A stretch of 18,128 bases of DNA from the NCBI GenBank assembly GCA_013378385.1, contig JACAFS010000018.1:1-18128 (forward strand). The letters are read 5' to 3'. This stretch comes from Nitrososphaerota archaeon. GTDB lineage: Archaea; Thermoproteota; Nitrososphaeria; Nitrososphaerales; UBA57. The notes beneath the pieces were generated by a model that worked only from the letters and a program-made list of their open reading frames with translations, was not told the DNA's origin and made no database searches. The position numbers were made by a program, and so were the translations under genes. The number at the start of each line of letters is the position of its first letter. Within the stretch, counting starts at the first letter, position 1. This document shows positions 1-8,729 of the stretch, piece after piece.

Positions 1-243
1 ATAGAAGAAATATAATTAGATAGTGAGTAGAAATAACATGTCAAAAAAATTTACAGCATGATATCAAATACAGATTTATCCATAGAGTGATATGAATAAT
101 TTAATTTTTGAATGGTATAAAATAGATGGACAAAGTGTTGATTTAATTAATTGTATTTCAACGAAAATACATTTACCGGATAATGTGTTAAATGCTCATA
201 TACTTCGGCTACATAGTAAATTGTCCCAGTGAGTTGAGAAGAT

Positions 244-2646
244 ATGGAAATTAATGATAATTTATCCGAAAATGTAATGAAAGTTTTGAAGGCCAGGTAT
301 TTGTTAAAATTTGAAGATGGAAAACAAGAAAAGCCAGATGAATTATTCAGAAGAGTTGCAGGAGCAATAGCAAGTGTAGATGAAGAATATCAGGACTTTG
401 ATAAAGAAGAATCTAAGGAAATATTTTATAAAATGATGAAGAGTTTCGAATTCTTACCAAATTCTCCAACGTTAATGAATGCAGGAGCGCCATTAGGGCA
501 GTTATCAGCATGCTTCGTATTACCTGTGGAGGACAATACTGTTTCAATACTAGATGCAGTAAAAACTCAGGCCATAGTACAAAAAACAGGAGGGGGAACA
601 GGTTTTTCATTCTCAAAGCTAAGACCAGAAGGAGATCAAGTAGGTTCCACAGGATCAGTAGCATCAGGACCTGTCTCATTTATGCAATTATTTGATAAAT
701 GTACACAAGTAATCAAACAAGGAGGAAAAAGAAGAGGAGCAAATATGGGAATAGTAAATATCGAACATCCAGATGTGGTAGAATTTATTGAGATGAAACG
801 CAATAACATGAAACTGCCAGAAGAAGCAAAAATTATGAAAGAATTTAATGTTTCAGTGGCAATAACTGACAACTTTATGAGTAGATTGGAAAGAGAAGAA
901 TATCATAAATTTATTAATCCAAGAACTGGAAAAGAAGTTTTAAAATGTAATAAATGTAGGAAAAATGTCTATCCGTCGGAAGACGAAGTAAAATGTAAGT
1001 TATGTGGAGGAGAAGGTGAAAGAATCAAAGCAAGAGAACTATGGCAAAAAATTATTGATTGTGCATGGGAATGTGCAGATCCAGGATTAATTTTTATAGA
1101 CAAAATAAATAACAGTAACTCGAATCCAGTTAGAGAGTATTTTAAAATTGAATCAACGAATCCATGTGGTGAAGTTCCATTACTTCCAAATGAGAGTTGT
1201 AATCTAGGTTCAATAAATGTTGCAAGATTTACCAATGCAAACAATGATGACATTGATTGGGATAAACTTCGAGAATGTACAAGAAATGCAATACATTTTC
1301 TTGACAATGTTGTCACAAAGAACAAATATCCAACAAAAGAGATTGAAGAATTATCACATAACATGAGAAGATTAGGACTAGGTGTAATGGGATTAGCAGA
1401 TTTATTAAGTAAATTAAGAATAAAATATGGTTCAGAAGAATCATTCCGGTTTTCAAGAGAATTAATGAAATTTATTTCAGAGGTAGCTTGGAAGATGTCT
1501 GAAGAGTTAGCAGAAACCAGAGGTACATTCCCATATTGGGACAAGAGTGATTTTGCGAAAATTGGAAGAAAAGTCAGAAATGTAAATTGTACAATTATCG
1601 CCCCTACAGGTTCGATTGGAACAATAGCAAACTGTTCGCCAGGGATAGAACCGCATTTTGCTCTAGTTTTTGTCAGGCACTCGAGGATTAAAGAAAGAAG
1701 TGAAGACTTTGAAGAACTTCATTACCTAAATGAATCATTTGCGATAGCACTAGAAGACCATAACATCCTTCTAGATAAAGAAAAGATAAAAGAAATTTCT
1801 GAAAACGGAGGAAGTGTTCAGAATATATCCTGGATTCCTAGAGAAATAAAAGAAATGTTCCCAATTGCAGCAGATTTATCTGGAAATCAACACGTTCTCA
1901 TGCAATCAGCTTTTCAGGAATTTGTTGATGACGGAGTAAGTAAAACAATAAACCTTGCGAATGAAGCAACCAAAGAAGATGTAAATGAATCCTATAGATT
2001 AGCCTATAACACGCATTGTAAGGGCATAACAGTATACAGAGATGGGTGTCTAGATGTTCAGGTTCTAGAAACCGATAAGACTAAAAATCTTCGTGGAAAT
2101 AAATCAGATAAGCAATCTACGCATGTGCTTCCTGGAGGATATAAAAGGCCAGAATACCTCATAGGAAGGACTTATAGATTTACTTATACAAATAGCGGAT
2201 TATTCATAACAATAAATAGAGATCAAGAAGGAAGGCCAAGAGAAGTATTCATAGAAAGAGGAAAATCAGGAGACGAAGAAAAGGCAGCATATGAAGGAAT
2301 GGGTAGATTGATTTCAATAGCATTGCAGTCAGATGTTGATGTTAAATCAATAATAAAGACAATGAGAGGAATACAAACAAAGAATATATCTTGGCATCAG
2401 ACAAAAGGTACAAGTATTCCAATTAGATCAGTTCCAGATGCAGTTGCTCATGCATTAGCAGATTCAATACATGCAGAATCGGAAGTAATAATTGCAGACA
2501 AACAAGAAATAGAGAATAAAGTATTGGAAGTATCAGGCACAAGTACAAATAATAGAAGTAAATGTACAGCGTGTGGAGAAATGAGTCTAATATATGCAGA
2601 AGGTTGTAGTAAATGTTTATCTTGTGCTTATTCTAGCTGTGGTTAG
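244..2646 (+). CDS. nrdJ: Class II (adenosylcobalamin-dependent) ribonucleotide reductase
   Basis: 800-aa ORF. RNR motifs are readable in the translation: SACFVLP, TNPCGEVPL (catalytic Cys/Glu), ESCNLGSIN, APTGSIG, VSKTINL, ITVYRDG. C-terminal Cys-rich tail CTACG-x10-CSKCLSCAYSSCG. No ATP-cone, and the length leaves no room for an intein. Confidence 0.93.
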   Translation: MEINDNLSENVMKVLKARYLLKFEDGKQEKPDELFRRVAGAIASVDEEYQDFDKEESKEIFYKMMKSFEFLPNSPTLMNAGAPLGQLSACFVLPVEDNTVSILDAVKTQAIVQKTGGGTGFSFSKLRPEGDQVGSTGSVASGPVSFMQLFDKCTQVIKQGGKRRGANMGIVNIEHPDVVEFIEMKRNNMKLPEEAKIMKEFNVSVAITDNFMSRLEREEYHKFINPRTGKEVLKCNKCRKNVYPSEDEVKCKLCGGEGERIKARELWQKIIDCAWECADPGLIFIDKINNSNSNPVREYFKIESTNPCGEVPLLPNESCNLGSINVARFTNANNDDIDWDKLRECTRNAIHFLDNVVTKNKYPTKEIEELSHNMRRLGLGVMGLADLLSKLRIKYGSEESFRFSRELMKFISEVAWKMSEELAETRGTFPYWDKSDFAKIGRKVRNVNCTIIAPTGSIGTIANCSPGIEPHFALVFVRHSRIKERSEDFEELHYLNESFAIALEDHNILLDKEKIKEISENGGSVQNISWIPREIKEMFPIAADLSGNQHVLMQSAFQEFVDDGVSKTINLANEATKEDVNESYRLAYNTHCKGITVYRDGCLDVQVLETDKTKNLRGNKSDKQSTHVLPGGYKRPEYLIGRTYRFTYTNSGLFITINRDQEGRPREVFIERGKSGDEEKAAYEGMGRLISIALQSDVDVKSIIKTMRGIQTKNISWHQTKGTSIPIRSVPDAVAHALADSIHAESEVIIADKQEIENKVLEVSGTSTNNRSKCTACGEMSLIYAEGCSKCLSCAYSSCG

Positions 2647-3590
2647 AAAGATGAATTTTCTGTAAAGATAAGATAAAGTAATGTAGATCTAATTAATTTT
2701 CCATAACTTACTTGATTAAAATATTTTGCAAATACAGTGTTATCAATTTCACTAGGTATTTCATCAGAACGAGGCATAGGATGAAGTAAAATAAGATTTT
2801 CTTTTGCTTGATTCAATAGATTTATATCAATTTTATAAGAACCTTTTACTCTTTCATATTCTTGCAAATCAGGAAATCGTTCTTTTTGAATCCTAGTAGT
2901 ATAAATCACGTCAAGATCAGAAATTATATCTTGAAGATTATCATGAGTTGTTATATTTAATCGGTCTTGAAGTTCTAGCAGAGGATCTGGCCGAAGTTGA
3001 AGAGGTTTAGGAGAAACAAGGTGGATATTTGGTTTGTAATTAGAAAGAGCGTATAAAAGTGAATAAACGGTTCTTCCATATTTAAGATCGCCAAAAATAG
3101 CAATATTTAATCCATCAACTTTACCACATTCTTTCATTATGGTAAAAACATCCAACATCGCTTGTGTAGGATGTTCCTCACTTCCACTACCAGCATTAAT
3201 AATTGGGCTTTGACAGATTTCGGAAGCGTATCTCGATACACCTTCACTTGCATGACGTAATATTATAGCGTCAACGTATTGGTCCATAGTAAGGAGACTA
3301 TCGCTAAGATTTTCCCCTTTTTGTGTAGAGGTACTTGAAGGATCTCCAAAGCTGATTGAATTACCAGCTAATGAATTCATAGCAGATTCAAAACTTAACC
3401 GAGTTCTTGTACTAGGTTCGAAGAACATCAATCCAATAGATTTGTCACTTAACGAATCATTAGGCAAATTTGTTTTGAGGTTATCAGCGACTTTAAACAA
3501 ATAGTCTAAGTCAGGACGTTGAAAATCCTTTATTGAAACAATATCGCGGTTATAAAATGGATTTTTCAATCTTTTGATTAATGTATACAC
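2643..3590 (-). CDS. pyrB: Aspartate carbamoyltransferase catalytic chain
   Basis: 315-aa ORF with ATCase motifs STRTRLSFE, HPTQA, LKYGRTV, HPMPR. The ORF-track start is GTG at 3590; an in-frame TTG at 3569 is a possible alternative start. Its stop codon overlaps the nrdJ stop codon on the other strand. Confidence 0.93.
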   Translation of the reverse strand: MYTLIKRLKNPFYNRDIVSIKDFQRPDLDYLFKVADNLKTNLPNDSLSDKSIGLMFFEPSTRTRLSFESAMNSLAGNSISFGDPSSTSTQKGENLSDSLLTMDQYVDAIILRHASEGVSRYASEICQSPIINAGSGSEEHPTQAMLDVFTIMKECGKVDGLNIAIFGDLKYGRTVYSLLYALSNYKPNIHLVSPKPLQLRPDPLLELQDRLNITTHDNLQDIISDLDVIYTTRIQKERFPDLQEYERVKGSYKIDINLLNQAKENLILLHPMPRSDEIPSEIDNTVFAKYFNQVSYGKLIRSTLLYLIFTENSSF

Positions 3591-3593
3591 ACA

Positions 3594-3604
3594 TTAATAT
3601 AAAT
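3594..3604. promoter_or_regulatory. Candidate shared TATA element in the 41-bp pyrB/pyrI divergent spacer
   Basis: TTAATATAAAT lies inside an imperfect 16-bp palindrome, ACATTAATATAAATGT (3591..3606). Its centre (about 3599) is 33 nt from the pyrI ATG (3632) and 30 nt from the in-frame TTG at 3569 of pyrB. It is only 9 nt from the annotated GTG at 3590. Confidence 0.35.
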
Positions 3605-3631
3605 GTTGCAATAAGTAAAATGAACTAAGAA

Positions 3632-4093
3632 ATGACAGAAACATATGATTTGAGAATAAACAGGATAAAACATGGCACAGTATTGGATCATATTATAGCA
3701 GGAAGAGCGTTTAATGTGCTATCTGCTCTTGACATTAATGGAACGGATGGAAATCAAGTGTCGGTGGCAATGAATGTTTCAAGTAAACAATATAATAAGA
3801 AAGACATAATAAAAATTGAGAATAGGATACTGGCAGTAGAGGAGACAAATCGACTAGCTTTGATAACACCGCATTCGACAATTAATATAATTGAGAATTA
3901 TGAGATAACAGAGAAAAGAAATGTAGAATTGCCAGAGAAATTTACAGGAGTATTCAAATGTACAAATCCAACATGTATCTCGAATTCAAGCGAACCAATT
4001 ATCTCAGAATTGTTGATAATTAATGATGATCCACCAAGATTGAAATGTAAATATTGTACTAGAATTTCATTAACAGAAGAGATACTAAAGTAA
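3632..4093 (+). CDS. pyrI: Aspartate carbamoyltransferase regulatory chain
   Basis: 153-aa ORF with PyrI signatures HGTVLDHI and KDIIKIE, plus the C-terminal Zn site CTNPTC ... CKYC. Confidence 0.9.
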   Translation: MTETYDLRINRIKHGTVLDHIIAGRAFNVLSALDINGTDGNQVSVAMNVSSKQYNKKDIIKIENRILAVEETNRLALITPHSTINIIENYEITEKRNVELPEKFTGVFKCTNPTCISNSSEPIISELLIINDDPPRLKCKYCTRISLTEEILK

Positions 4094-4109
4094 TAAACAA
4101 GAATTTACA

Positions 4110-4322
4110 TTGGTGAAAAATAAAATAATAAAAAAAGGGTTTAGGCTTGTTCCGACAATACTCGTAACATCGCTATCATTAACTGGGGCATTAGTGGGAA
4201 TATATTTACACGAGGCTATAGATAACCCCGCATCAATAATTATTCCATTTATCCTGCCAGTTATAGGACTGATAATAGCTGTTCTATTAACAATGAAATT
4301 AGCAAGAATAATTAATTATTAA
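4110..4322 (+). CDS. Hypothetical small membrane protein (two predicted TM helices)
   Basis: 70-aa ORF with a TTG start 16 nt after the pyrI stop. Lys-rich N-terminus (VKNKIIKKGFR) followed by two clean hydrophobic helices. No SD and no recognisable family. Confidence 0.4.
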   Translation: MVKNKIIKKGFRLVPTILVTSLSLTGALVGIYLHEAIDNPASIIIPFILPVIGLIIAVLLTMKLARIINY

Positions 4323-4327
4323 TTATC

Positions 4328-4642
4328 TTAGCTTCCCAAGATTAATAGAGCGACAACTATTCCATAGATAGCAACGGCTTCTGCAAGTGCAGTAATGATC
4401 ATACCGTATGTTTTTAGGTTTTCATTTTCTGCGGCTGCAGCTAAACTAGCTGAACCTGCTCTTCCAATTGCCATTCCTGCACCGAGGGTAGCTCCTGCAA
4501 ATGCAATTCCTGCGCCGAGGAATTTCATTCCGTCTGAGGATGCTCCACCGTCTTCTTGTGCATATGCCAAAGGCATAAACATTAGGAATAGTGTTGCAAT
4601 TATTGTCAACGTTATAAATGATATTTTGTAGTTCATTTTCAT
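4328..4642 (-). CDS. atpK: A-type ATP synthase proteolipid (c/K) subunit with an N-terminal signal-peptide-like extension
   Basis: 104-aa ORF. It has two Gly/Ala-rich helices, GAGIAFAGATLGAGMAIGRAG and ITALAEAVAIYGIVVALLIL, the second carrying the conserved carboxylate Glu. The first ~28 aa resemble a cleavable leader (LAYA/QE). SD AAGGAG lies at 4646..4651, and a second ATG at 4636 has better SD spacing. Confidence 0.88.
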   Translation of the reverse strand: MKMNYKISFITLTIIATLFLMFMPLAYAQEDGGASSDGMKFLGAGIAFAGATLGAGMAIGRAGSASLAAAAENENLKTYGMIITALAEAVAIYGIVVALLILGS

Positions 4643-4645
4643 TAA

Positions 4646-4651
4646 CTCCTT
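4646..4651 (-). promoter_or_regulatory. Shine-Dalgarno for atpK
   Basis: Minus strand reads AAGGAG TTA ATG AAA ATG. This is complementary to the archaeal 16S 3' end consensus. Confidence 0.55.
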
Positions 4652-4661
4652 ATGTTCATAA

Positions 4662-4787
4662 TTACTTTTCCAATTCTTTATAAGCCTTAGCTTTTGCAGA
4701 AATGATTTCTTTTTTTAGGTCATTAATATCTGAATCATATTGCTTTTTAATTTTTTCACTTAATTTTTCATATTCTTTATCATCCAT
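4662..4787 (-). CDS. Unlisted 41-aa Lys/Glu-rich predicted helical protein inside the ATP synthase operon (candidate small stalk/accessory subunit)
   Basis: Hand translation of the minus strand gives MDDKEYEKLSEKIKKQYDSDINDLKKEIISAKAKAYKELEK*. ATG at 4787..4785, TAA at 4664..4662. It is preceded by GAGGTGA (4793..4799) with a 5-nt spacer. It fills almost all of the atpD-atpK gap and was below the size cutoff of the supplied ORF track. Confidence 0.55.
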   Translation of the reverse strand: MDDKEYEKLSEKIKKQYDSDINDLKKEIISAKAKAYKELEK

Positions 4788-4792
4788 AAATT

Positions 4793-4799
4793 TCACCTC
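4793..4799 (-). promoter_or_regulatory. Shine-Dalgarno for orf41, overlapping the atpD stop codon
   Basis: Minus strand reads AAG AGG TGA AATTT ATG. GAGGTGA is a 7-nt match to the anti-SD, and the TGA inside it is the atpD stop codon. Confidence 0.6.
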
Positions 4800-5425
4800 T
4801 TACGTTCAAGTACTTTTTTGACATGTTTTAATCTTGAAAAATCTTCTCTTTCCCTTTCCTCTAATATGGAAGAAATATATTTAATTGATTCATTGTAACC
4901 GGGCATTATTACATAATCTAATGCGTTAAGTAATCTTTGAGTTTTTTCAAGTGATCTAGCAAGTTCGAGAATTGAATTTTCATATTCTGCAGCGCGTAAA
5001 ATTCTAGGTAGTGCAAGTCGCATCATTTGAGTTGCATCATCTAATTTGGAATCAGAGTCGGCAAATCCATAATTTAAACCAATTTCTTTTTCACTAATTG
5101 AAATAGTAGGAATTCTGACGTCGACAACGACTTTGACATTAACGTCAACGTCGATATGTGAAGGAGATGTTAGTGCAATTGATTCAAGTTTAGACGAACC
5201 TATTGACATGTAGGCGTTAAATAATGATCTATATGCATTAGATAATGGTTCGGACATTTCACTTCTTGCTTTTCCTGCTTCGTCAATCATTTCATCGATA
5301 TTTTTAAGAAGAACGTCTCTTTTGTCTTCAAGAATTTTATATACAGACTTGGCAACAACAAGGCTTCGTTTGACTTTGATTAGTTCAATTTTGGTTGGTG
5401 GGGGACGTTTGTTAGAACTTGACAT
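4793..5425 (-). CDS. atpD: A-type ATP synthase subunit D (central stalk)
   Basis: 210-aa ORF. N-terminal PTKIELIKVKRSL and C-terminal EKTQRLLNALDYVIMP ... LEEREREDFSRLKHVKK are typical of V/A-type D subunits. Its ATG overlaps the atpB stop (TAATG). Confidence 0.9.
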   Translation of the reverse strand: MSSSNKRPPPTKIELIKVKRSLVVAKSVYKILEDKRDVLLKNIDEMIDEAGKARSEMSEPLSNAYRSLFNAYMSIGSSKLESIALTSPSHIDVDVNVKVVVDVRIPTISISEKEIGLNYGFADSDSKLDDATQMMRLALPRILRAAEYENSILELARSLEKTQRLLNALDYVIMPGYNESIKYISSILEEREREDFSRLKHVKKVLERKR

Positions 5426-6822
5426 TATTTAGTTACCTTCAGATATGAATCAATTTCATCTTGTTTGACTTTAGTTAATTCATCAACAGGCAATGTACTG
5501 AATAGATTCCATGCAATTCCCAGTGTATCTTCGAGTGTTCGATTTTCATCAAAACCTTGTTTAAGGAACTTACTTTCAAATAAGTCACCAAACTCTAAAT
5601 ATTTAATATCGTTTTTAGCAAGACCCGCCTTTCCTACAATTTCAGCAAGGGCTCTTAATTCTAATGCTCGAGAATATGCACTATATAATTGACTACTAAC
5701 ATTTTGATGGTCGTTACGGGTTTTTCCTTCTCCGACACCTTCTTTCATCAAACGACTTAAACAAGAAAGAATACTTACAGGAGGATAGATTTCTTTTCTA
5801 TGTAGATCTCGTCCCAAAACAATTTGACCTTCAGTAATATAACCAGTAAGATCAGGAATTGGATGTGTGATATCGTCAGATGGCATAGAAAGAATTGGGA
5901 TTTGTGTAAGACTTCCGTTGCTTCCTTTAATCTTTCCAGCACGTTCATAGATTGTTGCAAGATCAGTATACAAATAACCAGGGTATCCCTTTCTTCCTGG
6001 AACCTCTTCTCTAGCAGCACTAATTTCTCTTAAGGCCTCTGCATAATTTGTCATGTCGCTAATTATAACAAGAACATGAGTGTTCTTTTCAAATGCCAGA
6101 TATTCAGCAGCAGTAAGTGCAACACGAGGAGTGATAATTCTTTCAATTGCAGGATCGTCTGCTAAATTAATATATAAAATACTTCTTTTTAATGCACCAC
6201 TTTCTTCTAAAGATTTTCGGAAGAATGCGGCTTCACTATTTTGGACACCGATTGCGGCAAAAACTACAGCGAATTCTTCGCCCTTACCTGGGACAGTAGC
6301 TTGACGTGCGATTTGAGCAGCCAAAAGATTATGTGGAAGTCCTGCACCTGAAAAGATTGGTAATTTTTGACCTCTTACAAGAGTATTGAGGCCATCAATA
6401 GATGAAACACCAGTTTGAATAAAATCTTCTGGAAAGTCTCTACGTTCTGGATTTATTGATTCTCCATTTATATCAAGGAATTTTTCTCCTACAGGATCAG
6501 GAAGGCCATCAATAGGTCTTCCGAGACCATCGAATACCCTGCCCAATAATTGATCAGAAACAGGAATTTCCATTGTTTTACCCAAAAATCGAGTTTTTGT
6601 TTCGGAAACAGACAGCCCAGTAGTACCCTCAAAGACTTGGACGACGGCAGTACCTCCACCAATTTCAAGAACACGACCTAAACGTTTTGCGCCAGCCGGA
6701 GTAGTAATTTCAACTAGTTCATCGAATGCGGAATTAGTGACGCCATTGATAACTAACAATGGTCCTTTGATTTCAGAAATATTAGTATACTCTAAACCAG
6801 AAGATCTATTTTGTGTCGACAA
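5425..6822 (-). CDS. atpB: A-type ATP synthase subunit B (non-catalytic)
   Basis: 465-aa ORF with the typical B-subunit sequence ([69 protein letters not shown]). TTG start at 6822, 8 nt downstream of GGAGGT. Confidence 0.95.
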   Translation of the reverse strand: MSTQNRSSGLEYTNISEIKGPLLVINGVTNSAFDELVEITTPAGAKRLGRVLEIGGGTAVVQVFEGTTGLSVSETKTRFLGKTMEIPVSDQLLGRVFDGLGRPIDGLPDPVGEKFLDINGESINPERRDFPEDFIQTGVSSIDGLNTLVRGQKLPIFSGAGLPHNLLAAQIARQATVPGKGEEFAVVFAAIGVQNSEAAFFRKSLEESGALKRSILYINLADDPAIERIITPRVALTAAEYLAFEKNTHVLVIISDMTNYAEALREISAAREEVPGRKGYPGYLYTDLATIYERAGKIKGSNGSLTQIPILSMPSDDITHPIPDLTGYITEGQIVLGRDLHRKEIYPPVSILSCLSRLMKEGVGEGKTRNDHQNVSSQLYSAYSRALELRALAEIVGKAGLAKNDIKYLEFGDLFESKFLKQGFDENRTLEDTLGIAWNLFSTLPVDELTKVKQDEIDSYLKVTK

Positions 6823-8602
6823 CAGCTGCTACCTCCTTATTTGATAATTCATTGAATGATGTAAACATAGTCTTTGATAATACGTCCATTTTACTGAGTT
6901 CTTCATCTGGAATTTCATATTTAGAACGAATAATTTGTGATACAACAGGTAAGCTACGAATTGTTTCCAGAGTGATTCCGTTCTTTAGAGCTTTCTGAGA
7001 CTCTTTATAGAAATCAGTGTACAATCTCATCATTTTAACTTGTTTTTCAGGACTGCAATATCTATCAACTTTATCAAAAGCCATTTGTTGTAAGAATCCT
7101 TCTTTAATCATACGAGCTACATCAAGGATTAATTTTTCTTCGTCAGGTAGTGCTTCAGGACCTAATAGACGAACAATTTCTTTAAGGACATCTTCACGTT
7201 GTAAGATTGTATAGGTTTCTAATCTCAACTTAGGGCGATCTGCATCGACATTGTCGACCCACCATTTGTCAATATCTTCTGAATAACCTGAATAACTAGT
7301 CATCCAATTAATTGAAGGATAGTGTCTAGAATAAGCAAGTTTAGTATCAAGAGCCCAAAATGTTTTGATGCATCTCATAGTATGAGTAGAAACTGGTTCA
7401 GTAAAGTCTCCACCAGGAGGAGATACAGCGCCAATAACGGTAACAGATCCATTACGGTCAGGTGAACCAAGGCATTTAACTCGACCAGCACGTTCATAGA
7501 ATTCTGCAAGTCTGGATGCAAGATAAGATGGATAGCCTTCTTCTGCAGGCATTTCTTCCAACCTGCCACTAAGTTCACGTAGGGCTTCGGCCCATCGGCT
7601 TGTAGAATCTGCAACTAATACAGTATCATAACCCATATCTCGATAGTATTCAGCCATAGTAATTCCTGTGTATATACTGGCTTCACGAGCAGCTACAGGC
7701 ATATTACTTGTATTAGCAACCAAAACAGTTCGTTCCATTAATGATTTTCCAGTTCTTGGATCTTTCAATTCAGGGAATTTAATCAAAACTTCAGTCATTT
7801 CATTTCCACGTTCTCCACAACCAATATGGAAAACTACACTAGCATCAGACCAAGAAGCTACTTGATGTAATGTAACGGTTTTTCCTGTTCCAAAACCACC
7901 GGGGATTGCACCAGTACCGCCTTTAGTAATTGGGAAAAATGTATCGAGGACGCGTTGTCCAGTTACAAGAGGTATATTTGGATCGTATCTTTGTGTAAAT
8001 GGTCGGGCTTGTCTAACAGGCCAATCATGATGCATATTTAATTCAGATTTATTTCCTTTACGTTCAACTATTGCAATAACATGATCTTTATCATAGCTTC
8101 CTTCTTTTACAATTTCAGTAATTTTACCTGAAGGTTCAGTAGGTGGAACAAGGATCTTATGATCAATTAAAGCGGTTTCTTTAACGGTACCCAGAATACT
8201 ACCAGCATGTACAGTATCTCCAACTTTTACTTCAGGAATAAAATTCCATTTTTTCTTAGGAATTGGTGCAACATGTATACCACGAGTAATGAATGTACCT
8301 GCTTTTGCGGCAATCTTATCTAATGGTCTTTGTAGACCGTCATAAATAGTACCCATCATTCCAGGGCCCAGAGTTACAGATAATGGAGTGCCAGTACCGA
8401 CAACTGGTTCGCCAGGAGTGAGACCACTTGTAGATTCGTATACTTGTATAAACGCAGTATCTCCAGTAAGCCTAATAATCTCTCCAACAATTTTATCTTT
8501 ACCAACTTCTACAGTTTCGTACATTTGTGCACTGGACATTCCATCAGCCTTAACTGCAGGACCACTAATCCAAATAATTTTACCTTTAGCTTGCATCAAC
8601 AA
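6806..8602 (-). CDS. atpA: A-type ATP synthase subunit A (catalytic)
   Basis: 598-aa ORF with Walker A GGFGTGKT and typical A-subunit blocks ([48 protein letters not shown]). The ORF-track start is TTG at 8602. The ATG at 8596 ([13 protein letters not shown]) is the more likely start. Confidence 0.95.
   Translation of the reverse strand: MLMQAKGKIIWISGPAVKADGMSSAQMYETVEVGKDKIVGEIIRLTGDTAFIQVYESTSGLTPGEPVVGTGTPLSVTLGPGMMGTIYDGLQRPLDKIAAKAGTFITRGIHVAPIPKKKWNFIPEVKVGDTVHAGSILGTVKETALIDHKILVPPTEPSGKITEIVKEGSYDKDHVIAIVERKGNKSELNMHHDWPVRQARPFTQRYDPNIPLVTGQRVLDTFFPITKGGTGAIPGGFGTGKTVTLHQVASWSDASVVFHIGCGERGNEMTEVLIKFPELKDPRTGKSLMERTVLVANTSNMPVAAREASIYTGITMAEYYRDMGYDTVLVADSTSRWAEALRELSGRLEEMPAEEGYPSYLASRLAEFYERAGRVKCLGSPDRNGSVTVIGAVSPPGGDFTEPVSTHTMRCIKTFWALDTKLAYSRHYPSINWMTSYSGYSEDIDKWWVDNVDADRPKLRLETYTILQREDVLKEIVRLLGPEALPDEEKLILDVARMIKEGFLQQMAFDKVDRYCSPEKQVKMMRLYTDFYKESQKALKNGITLETIRSLPVVSQIIRSKYEIPDEELSKMDVLSKTMFTSFNELSNKEVAAVVDTK
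6831..6836 (-). promoter_or_regulatory. Shine-Dalgarno for atpB, inside the atpA 3' end
   Basis: Minus strand reads AAGGAGGT AGCAGCTG TTG TCG ACA. This is a strong SD at canonical spacing from the TTG start. Confidence 0.65.
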
Positions 8603-8729
8603 TCAACTATGTTTTTTCATGATTTAGAGTTTAAAAACAATTCGATTTTCAGAAATATATTAAATATAATAGTGAAATTCAAAGAATGATGTTTAGTAAT
8701 TCTTAAATTGATTATATAGTTAATGTATC

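Noticed and set aside
1-243. Cobalamin riboswitch upstream of the B12-dependent RNR
   Set aside because: I could not find a B12-box-like conserved core or the GC-rich multi-stem architecture. The region is almost pure AT, with only a weak 7-bp hairpin (152..171).
969-1544. 191-aa ORF antisense to nrdJ
   Set aside because: It lies entirely inside a confidently identified gene on the other strand. Its Ser/Leu/Asn-rich, low-information sequence is typical of the stop-poor antisense frame of purine-rich (GAA/AAA) coding DNA, and it has no start context.
4395-4631. 78-aa Ala/Pro-rich plus-strand ORF and a local GC-rich island
   Set aside because: It is the antisense frame of the Gly/Ala-rich atpK proteolipid gene. 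The elevated GC reflects GGN/GCN codons of the c-subunit helices, not foreign DNA.
4328-4642. N-terminal 28-aa hydrophobic extension on the c-subunit as a novelty
   Set aside because: It is real in the sequence and SD-supported, with a signal-peptide-like AYA/QE site. However, N-terminally extended proteolipid precursors of about 100 aa are, to my recollection, already known in crenarchaeal-type A-ATPases. I noted it in the feature evidence rather than as a finding.
244-8602. Inteins in nrdJ or atpA (common intein hosts in archaea)
   Set aside because: Both proteins have normal intein-free lengths. The catalytic motifs are contiguous, and no intein splicing blocks or homing-endonuclease motifs are visible.
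8603-8729. Hidden RNA gene or small ORF in the 127-bp atpA/cupredoxin divergent spacer (includes the 81-aa ORF 8444..8689)
   Set aside because: The sequence is AT-rich with several TATA-like runs, as expected for two divergent promoters. There is no GC-rich structured segment, and the 81-aa ORF overlaps the atpA N-terminus and is low complexity.
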